Origin: Vibrio cholerae ATCC 14035
Lineage (GTDB): Bacteria; Pseudomonadota; Gammaproteobacteria; Enterobacterales; Vibrionaceae
Assembly (NCBI RefSeq): GCF_000621645.1
Contig: NZ_JHXR01000001.1
Span: 330,001 to 362,000, forward strand
Length of the DNA stretch: 32,000 bases
Direction of reading: 5' to 3'
Below the pieces are notes generated by a model that was not told the DNA's origin, did no database searches, and saw nothing but the letters and a program-made list of their open reading frames with translations. A program made the position numbers and the translations under genes. Shown piece by piece: positions 27,249-32,000 of the stretch (within the stretch, counting starts at the first letter, position 1; each line of letters begins with the position of its first letter).

Positions 27249-28310
27249 ATGAGCCACATACTCGATACTATAAATACAGTTTATCCCTTTCCCCCAAAAC
27301 CTATCCCTCTTAGGGATGAGGAAAAGCAAGCTTATATCGCTGAGATCAAACAACTCTTAATTGAGAAAGATGCGGTGTTGATTGCTCATTACTATACGGA
27401 TCCTGAAATTCAAGCGCTTGCTGAATCGACAGGTGGGTTTGTGGGTGACTCGCTAGAGATGGCAAAATTTGGCAACCGCTATCCAGCCACAACCTTAATT
27501 ATTGCGGGCGTACGTTTCATGGGAGAGTCAGCAAAGATTTTGACCCCAGAAAAACGCATCTTAATGCCGACGCTCGAAGCGGAGTGCTCCCTCGATCTTG
27601 GTTGCCCAGCAGACAAGTTCACTGAGTTTTGCGATGCACACCCTGATCATACGGTAGTCGTGTATGCCAATACGTCAGCGGCGGTGAAAGCGCGTGCCGA
27701 CTGGGTAGTGACATCAAGCATTGCTCTGGAAATTGTTGAGCACTTAGATTCTGAGGGTAAACCTATTATTTGGGGTCCAGATCGACACTTAGGTGCTTAT
27801 ATTGCTAAGAAAACGGGCGCAGACATGCTGTTATGGCAGGGCGAATGTGTCGTGCATGATGAGTTTTCTGCTGATGCTCTGCGTAAGATGAAGGCACTTT
27901 ATCCTGATGCTGCGATTTTGGTTCATCCTGAATCGCCTGCGAGTGTTGTTGAATTGGCGGATGCGGTAGGCTCAACAAGCCAACTCATTAAAGCGGCTAA
28001 GACATTACCACAGCAGAAAATGATTGTTGCTACGGATAAAGGAATTTTCTTTAAAATGCAGCAAATGGTTCCCGAGAAGGAGCTGATTGAAGCTCCAACC
28101 GCAGGTGCGGGAGCGACTTGCCGTAGTTGTGCGCATTGTCCTTGGATGGCGATGAATGGCCTTCAGGCTATTGCACAAGCACTGCGTGAAGGTGGCAAAC
28201 AGCATGAAATTTTTGTGGATGAAGCGCTGAGAGTGAAATCACTTATCCCGCTTAATCGTATGTTGGATTTCGCTGAACAACTGAATTTAAAAGTGAAAGG
28301 CAACGCGTAA
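27249..28310 (+). CDS. nadA: Quinolinate synthase A
   Basis: ORF 27168-28310 (TTG start). The start is re-set to the ATG at 27249 ([18 protein letters not shown]...), giving 353 aa. Conserved NadA blocks are present: [44 protein letters not shown]. Confidence 0.95.
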   Translation: MSHILDTINTVYPFPPKPIPLRDEEKQAYIAEIKQLLIEKDAVLIAHYYTDPEIQALAESTGGFVGDSLEMAKFGNRYPATTLIIAGVRFMGESAKILTPEKRILMPTLEAECSLDLGCPADKFTEFCDAHPDHTVVVYANTSAAVKARADWVVTSSIALEIVEHLDSEGKPIIWGPDRHLGAYIAKKTGADMLLWQGECVVHDEFSADALRKMKALYPDAAILVHPESPASVVELADAVGSTSQLIKAAKTLPQQKMIVATDKGIFFKMQQMVPEKELIEAPTAGAGATCRSCAHCPWMAMNGLQAIAQALREGGKQHEIFVDEALRVKSLIPLNRMLDFAEQLNLKVKGNA

Positions 28311-28334
28311 GTAAGCTGTCTGTTGTGCTGAAAA

Positions 28335-28370
28335 TAGACATGCCCATCGAAAAAAAAACGGGCATGTCTA
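28335..28370 (-). terminator. 11-bp perfect hairpin between convergent nadA and the UPF0149 gene; a U-run follows on the minus strand only
   Basis: TAGACATGCCC (28335-28345) pairs with GGGCATGTCTA (28360-28370) around a 14-nt A-rich loop. On the minus strand the hairpin is followed by TTTTCAGC. Confidence 0.6.
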
Positions 28371-28383
28371 GCAAACATGATGG

Positions 28384-28956
28384 CTACTGAGCTTCAGCTA
28401 ACGTGACACCACGTTGTGTGATTCCACACAACATCACTGGAATCGCATGATAAATTTCAGCAAATTGCTCTAAACCGGTGAAGCCTTGCTCATAAAGTGT
28501 GGCGATCGATGTTTCAGGATCGTAGAGCATACTTAATGAAAGAAGCACGCCACCAAGCAGGGTATTATCGGAACTATTTTCTGGCATCAACACCTCCCAA
28601 TCATCACGCGCTAATTGCCAACCTTGTAGCATCCCCTCGCAAAAATCACGTACCTCTTGATTCACGATTTCTGCCTCATCCAACAAGTAGCCAGTTGGCC
28701 ATTGCCAGTTGCCTTCTAGTAGCTGAGATCGTGTTTCATTCCAAAGTGCGATGATGTGCTCGAAATAGTTTTCTAATTGGATAGGATCCGAAAAAGGTGC
28801 AATCTCTTCTCCACCCCATAAGAAGGGGAGCCATTCTTCAGGGGGTAAGACATTAGGACAGCAAGCCATAGCGGTAACAAAACCGACGGTTTTAGCTTGA
28901 TTGAGGAGTTTGTTTTCTAATTCTGGCTGCTGCAGGATTTCTTGTAAGGTTTGCAT
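28384..28956 (-). CDS. UPF0149 family protein (YecA N-terminal-domain-like, lacking a SEC-C tail)
   Basis: 190 aa. GFVTAMACCPNVLPPEEWLPFLWGG and RDFCEGMLQGWQL parallel YecA segments as I recall them (GLLTAVLSSPQEIEPEQWL..VWGG; EEWCFGYMRGVAL). Confidence 0.7.
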   Translation of the reverse strand: MQTLQEILQQPELENKLLNQAKTVGFVTAMACCPNVLPPEEWLPFLWGGEEIAPFSDPIQLENYFEHIIALWNETRSQLLEGNWQWPTGYLLDEAEIVNQEVRDFCEGMLQGWQLARDDWEVLMPENSSDNTLLGGVLLSLSMLYDPETSIATLYEQGFTGLEQFAEIYHAIPVMLCGITQRGVTLAEAQ

Positions 28957-29169
28957 GAGATGTGAGTGCTCAATAAATATCAGTGCGCCTATTTTATCTG
29001 GAAAGCGTGCTCAGGGCATCCGCTTGTTCTCTCTGTTCAGCGTTTAAGGCTCAATTTCCTGCCTAAGAATGTTAGTTTGTGCACAGCGCCATGGAAAATC
29101 GATGAGAAAAGAAAGCCTGACAGAATAATTTCGCTATAATTTTGTAAACAAAAAATAATTCAGTTGGTT

Positions 29170-31374
29170 ATGGCTATTCGCTCCTCGCTTAAAAAGAAAA
29201 GTATTCTAGCGCTGACCATTTATTTGGCCTTCTTCCTTGCGATTGTAGGAACGCTGAGTTATTGGGGGCTTGAAGTCCCATTTAGAAAAGAGCTGAAAAA
29301 TAATCTAGCCCTGAGAGCGGAGTTACTGGCTACCCAAATTCGTGAGCCATTGAATAACTCGATAGGGGTTCTGCAGAGTCTTACCAGCATTGGCAAAAGC
29401 GCAGCCGATAAGGAAGAGCAAGAGCGCATGCTGCGCTCACTATTTTCTGTTGTTGGCGGAGTGATCATTAGCGGCGGGTTGTGGCCGGAACCCAATCTAT
29501 CGGCAACTGACCCCTCACTACGATATGACAGCTTGTTTTTTAATAAAGCAACCGATGGACAGGTTGACCAACTGAGCTCATGGAATAACCCCAAAGCCGG
29601 GGGGTATGACCGAGAAAGCTGGTACTTGGCTGCAGAACGTGAAGCCGAAGGGCTCTATTTCTGGTCACCTGTCTATGTTGACCCCTATACCCGTGTGGAA
29701 ATGATCACGGTCTCGACCCCTTATTATCGTAACGGTCAGTTTGCGGGCGTTGCTACCGTTGATCTCTCACTTGAAAGCTTAATCCAATTCGTTGCTGCGA
29801 CAGCAGAGCAGTACAACTTAGGTGTGAATCTTAAAGATGCCTTTGGGGTTGAGGTCGTCTCACATAACTTCCGCACTTATGATAATGCGTTGGTCAGTTA
29901 CTATAGTTTTGGCGAGTTCAATTGGCAGATTGAAGTGGTGAATGCTAATCAGCATGTCGATGAAATCATCTTCGACTTAATTATCAACATCGAAAAAGGA
30001 TTGATGCCGATCCTGCTGCTCTGTGTGATGGTGGGGTATTTTTTAATTAGCCATTATTGGATCCGCCCAATTGTCTTAATTGCGAAAAAGGTGAGTGAGT
30101 CGAGAGAAGGTGAAATCATCGATATTCGGTACAAATCTCAGGATGAGATCCGCCATCTTATTGATACGTTTAACCAAAAAACGATTTACTTAGAGGCAGA
30201 GAAAGTCAAAGCTCAGGCCTCGACCAAAGCAAAAAGTGCATTTTTAGCCACGCTCTCTCATGAAATTCGAACGCCGATGAATGGCGTGCTCGGTACCGCG
30301 CAAATCCTATTGAAAGATGAATTGACCTCTAAGCAGCGACAGCACTTAACCAGTCTCTACGAATCGGGCGAACATATGATGTCATTGCTCAATGAGATTT
30401 TAGATTATTCAAAAATAGAGCAAGGCAAATTCGAGTTGGATCACAGCGCATTTCCGCTCAAATCGATCATCGGCAGCATCAAAAGTATCTACTCCAGTCT
30501 TTGTGTTGAAAAAGGACTGAAATTCCAACTGAACTCAGAAATTACCGATGGACGATGGTACTACGGAGACAAGGCGCGTTTGCGGCAAATTATCTTCAAT
30601 CTGCTTAGTAATGCGGTGAAATTTACCGAAGCAGGCTTTGTCGCAATAGGGTTAAGTGAAGAAAGCTGTGACGAAGAGAATTACTTGATCATCAAAGTGC
30701 AGGATACGGGGATCGGCATCGCGCAAGAGTCGTTAGGGCGTATCTTTCGACCCTTTGAACAGGCGGAATCACACACAACACGGCGTTTTGGTGGTACAGG
30801 CTTAGGCTTGGCTATTGTTAAACAGATTGCGGAATTAATGAATGGCACTGTTTTAGTGCAAAGTGAAGTTGGGCAGGGTTCTTGTTTTAAGGTGAGAGTT
30901 AAATTAGCGATTACCGAACCAGTAACCGAAGATGTGAAACCTACTAAAGCCAAAACGTATCCCGGTTTACGGGTGCTGATTGTCGAAGATAACCGTACGA
31001 ACATCATGATTCTGGAAGCTTTTATGCGCAATAAAGGTTTTGAGTGCCATAGCGTGATGGATGGTGTACAAGCGATTACCGCGTTACAGGAAAGCTCATT
31101 TGATCTCGTTTTAATGGATAACCACATGCCGTTAAAAGATGGCATCCAAGCCACCAGAGAAATTCGTCAGTTGCCACTGCCGCAAGCCAAGATACTGTTG
31201 TTTGGTTGTACCGCAGATGTTTTCAAAGATACCCGGGATAAAATGCTCTCTGCAGGGGCAGATGACATTATCGCTAAACCCATTGCAGAGCATGAGCTAG
31301 ATATGGCGCTTGAACAACACTCAGAGCGCTTGTACCAGTTTCATCGCGAACCATCTTTACCATCGGTAGAGTAA
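29170..31374 (+). CDS. cqsR: Orphan hybrid sensor histidine kinase/response regulator with a periplasmic Cache-type domain; probably quorum-sensing receptor CqsR (VC1831 orthologue)
   Basis: Start is the ATG at 29170, with an alternative TTG at 29164. Two TM segments flank a periplasmic region of about 250 aa. H-box [18 protein letters not shown]. HATPase_c motifs [27 protein letters not shown]-terminal receiver [11 protein letters not shown]...[14 protein letters not shown]. The name rests on my recollection of V. cholerae synteny (two genes from nadA, VC1833). Confidence 0.7.
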   Translation: MAIRSSLKKKSILALTIYLAFFLAIVGTLSYWGLEVPFRKELKNNLALRAELLATQIREPLNNSIGVLQSLTSIGKSAADKEEQERMLRSLFSVVGGVIISGGLWPEPNLSATDPSLRYDSLFFNKATDGQVDQLSSWNNPKAGGYDRESWYLAAEREAEGLYFWSPVYVDPYTRVEMITVSTPYYRNGQFAGVATVDLSLESLIQFVAATAEQYNLGVNLKDAFGVEVVSHNFRTYDNALVSYYSFGEFNWQIEVVNANQHVDEIIFDLIINIEKGLMPILLLCVMVGYFLISHYWIRPIVLIAKKVSESREGEIIDIRYKSQDEIRHLIDTFNQKTIYLEAEKVKAQASTKAKSAFLATLSHEIRTPMNGVLGTAQILLKDELTSKQRQHLTSLYESGEHMMSLLNEILDYSKIEQGKFELDHSAFPLKSIIGSIKSIYSSLCVEKGLKFQLNSEITDGRWYYGDKARLRQIIFNLLSNAVKFTEAGFVAIGLSEESCDEENYLIIKVQDTGIGIAQESLGRIFRPFEQAESHTTRRFGGTGLGLAIVKQIAELMNGTVLVQSEVGQGSCFKVRVKLAITEPVTEDVKPTKAKTYPGLRVLIVEDNRTNIMILEAFMRNKGFECHSVMDGVQAITALQESSFDLVLMDNHMPLKDGIQATREIRQLPLPQAKILLFGCTADVFKDTRDKMLSAGADDIIAKPIAEHELDMALEQHSERLYQFHREPSLPSVE

Positions 31375-31709
31375 ATCACTCTGTTTCTTCCTTCTTTCTT
31401 TCCTTTCTTATGCGTGTGGCCAAGTTCGGCTGGCAAGAAACTGTCTCACCGTGCTCAGCGTGATGTAATAAAATTACCAAACGTAAACTTAGAAACCGAT
31501 GTTTTGACTAAGAACGCGTAAAAGTAGCTGTAGATGCTATTTTAATTACTTTTTTTGGTTTTTTATTTACCGTGCGAGTTTAAAAACAAAGCCTAAAACT
31601 GAATTTTGTATGGTTTAATAGTTCCATAAACTGCCAATTTGGAATTATGGCAGTGACATGTTTGGTCATGGTTGCAAAATTGTAGTGATATATTTTATAG
31701 GGGATGTAA

Positions 31710-32000
31710 ATGAAAGCTCGTGGTCCGTTTTGTATTCGTCATGCAGCGGCTGATACTTTTGCGATGGTCGTCTTTTGTTTTGTAACAGGCATGATTATTG
31801 AAATTTTTGTGTCAGGAATGACCTTTCAGCAATCACTCGCTTCCCGAACCCTTTCCATTCCCGTTAATATCGCGATTGCTTGGCCGTATGGTGTGTTTAG
31901 AGATTATGTTCTTCGCCAAGGGCGCAAAATTTCCCCAACCGGTTGGATGAAAAATCTCTCCGATCTCGTGGCTTACGTTCTCTTTCAATCGCCAGTTTAT
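31710..32000 (+). CDS. alaE: L-alanine exporter AlaE (YgaW family), 5' part; continues beyond the window
   Basis: Not in the ORF track because no stop lies within the window. The ATG at 31710 is preceded by AGGGGA. Hand translation gives [66 protein letters not shown]...[12 protein letters not shown], compared with E. coli AlaE as I recall it (...[35 protein letters not shown]...IPVNILIAWPYGMYRD...ILAYVTFQSPVY). Confidence 0.85.
   Translation, partial: MKARGPFCIRHAAADTFAMVVFCFVTGMIIEIFVSGMTFQQSLASRTLSIPVNIAIAWPYGVFRDYVLRQGRKISPTGWMKNLSDLVAYVLFQSPVY

Noticed and set aside
1-32000. A possible novel defence, mobile or accessory system somewhere in the window
   Set aside because: All long non-nested ORFs are accounted for by conserved housekeeping or core families in a gene order I recognise as core Vibrio chromosome. 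There is no integrase, transposase, phage, toxin-antitoxin, restriction or nuclease-NTPase gene, no CRISPR repeats, no flanking direct repeats or tRNA attachment site, and no obvious compositional island apart from short AT-rich promoters.

Overview
This window reads as conserved core chromosome of a Vibrio, and the gene order matches my recollection of Vibrio cholerae chromosome I from about VC1863 down to VC1830. That assignment is from memory and was not checked by any search.

Every long, non-nested ORF belongs to a familiar housekeeping or core family. Left to right:
- tail of a polar amino-acid ABC transporter (binding-protein 3' end plus two permeases)
- xthA
- a Cache/HAMP methyl-accepting chemotaxis protein
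- a minus-strand dinG / yfcA-like / priC / ybaM-like cluster
- porin ompT behind a roughly 470 bp AT-rich control region
- yccT-like, ychJ-like and EAL-HDOD genes
- lpxH-ppiB, divergent from cysS
- ruvC, then ruvAB
- cydA-cydB-cydX-ybgE
- the complete Tol-Pal cluster: ybgC-tolQRAB-pal-cpoB
- nadA
- a UPF0149 protein
- an orphan hybrid sensor kinase (probably CqsR)
- the 5' part of alaE

I found no tRNA or rRNA genes, CRISPR arrays, transposases, integrases, prophage genes or defence-type genes. I see no evidence for a novel multi-gene system here.

The points most worth a second look are small-scale:
1. ybgC is split by a 1-nt frame change inside an A6 run. That run forms an in-phase A_AAA_AAG heptamer, the dnaX-type -1 slippery site, and the -1 frame restores a full-length YbgC ending on top of the tolQ start.
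2. An exact 13-nt duplicated FNR-type box lies 50 bp apart, with an ArcA-like box nearby, upstream of cydA.
3. A 35-codon cydX is missing from the ORF track.
4. An E. coli-like LexA box lies upstream of ruvA.
5. Stable intercistronic hairpins sit in the ABC-transporter operon.
6. A perfect 8-4-8 palindrome lies between xthA and the MCP gene.
7. The EAL-HDOD protein has a degenerate loop-6 motif.

Several start codons in the ORF track appear too far upstream. I re-set them by comparison with remembered homologue N-termini and by looking for ribosome-binding sites.
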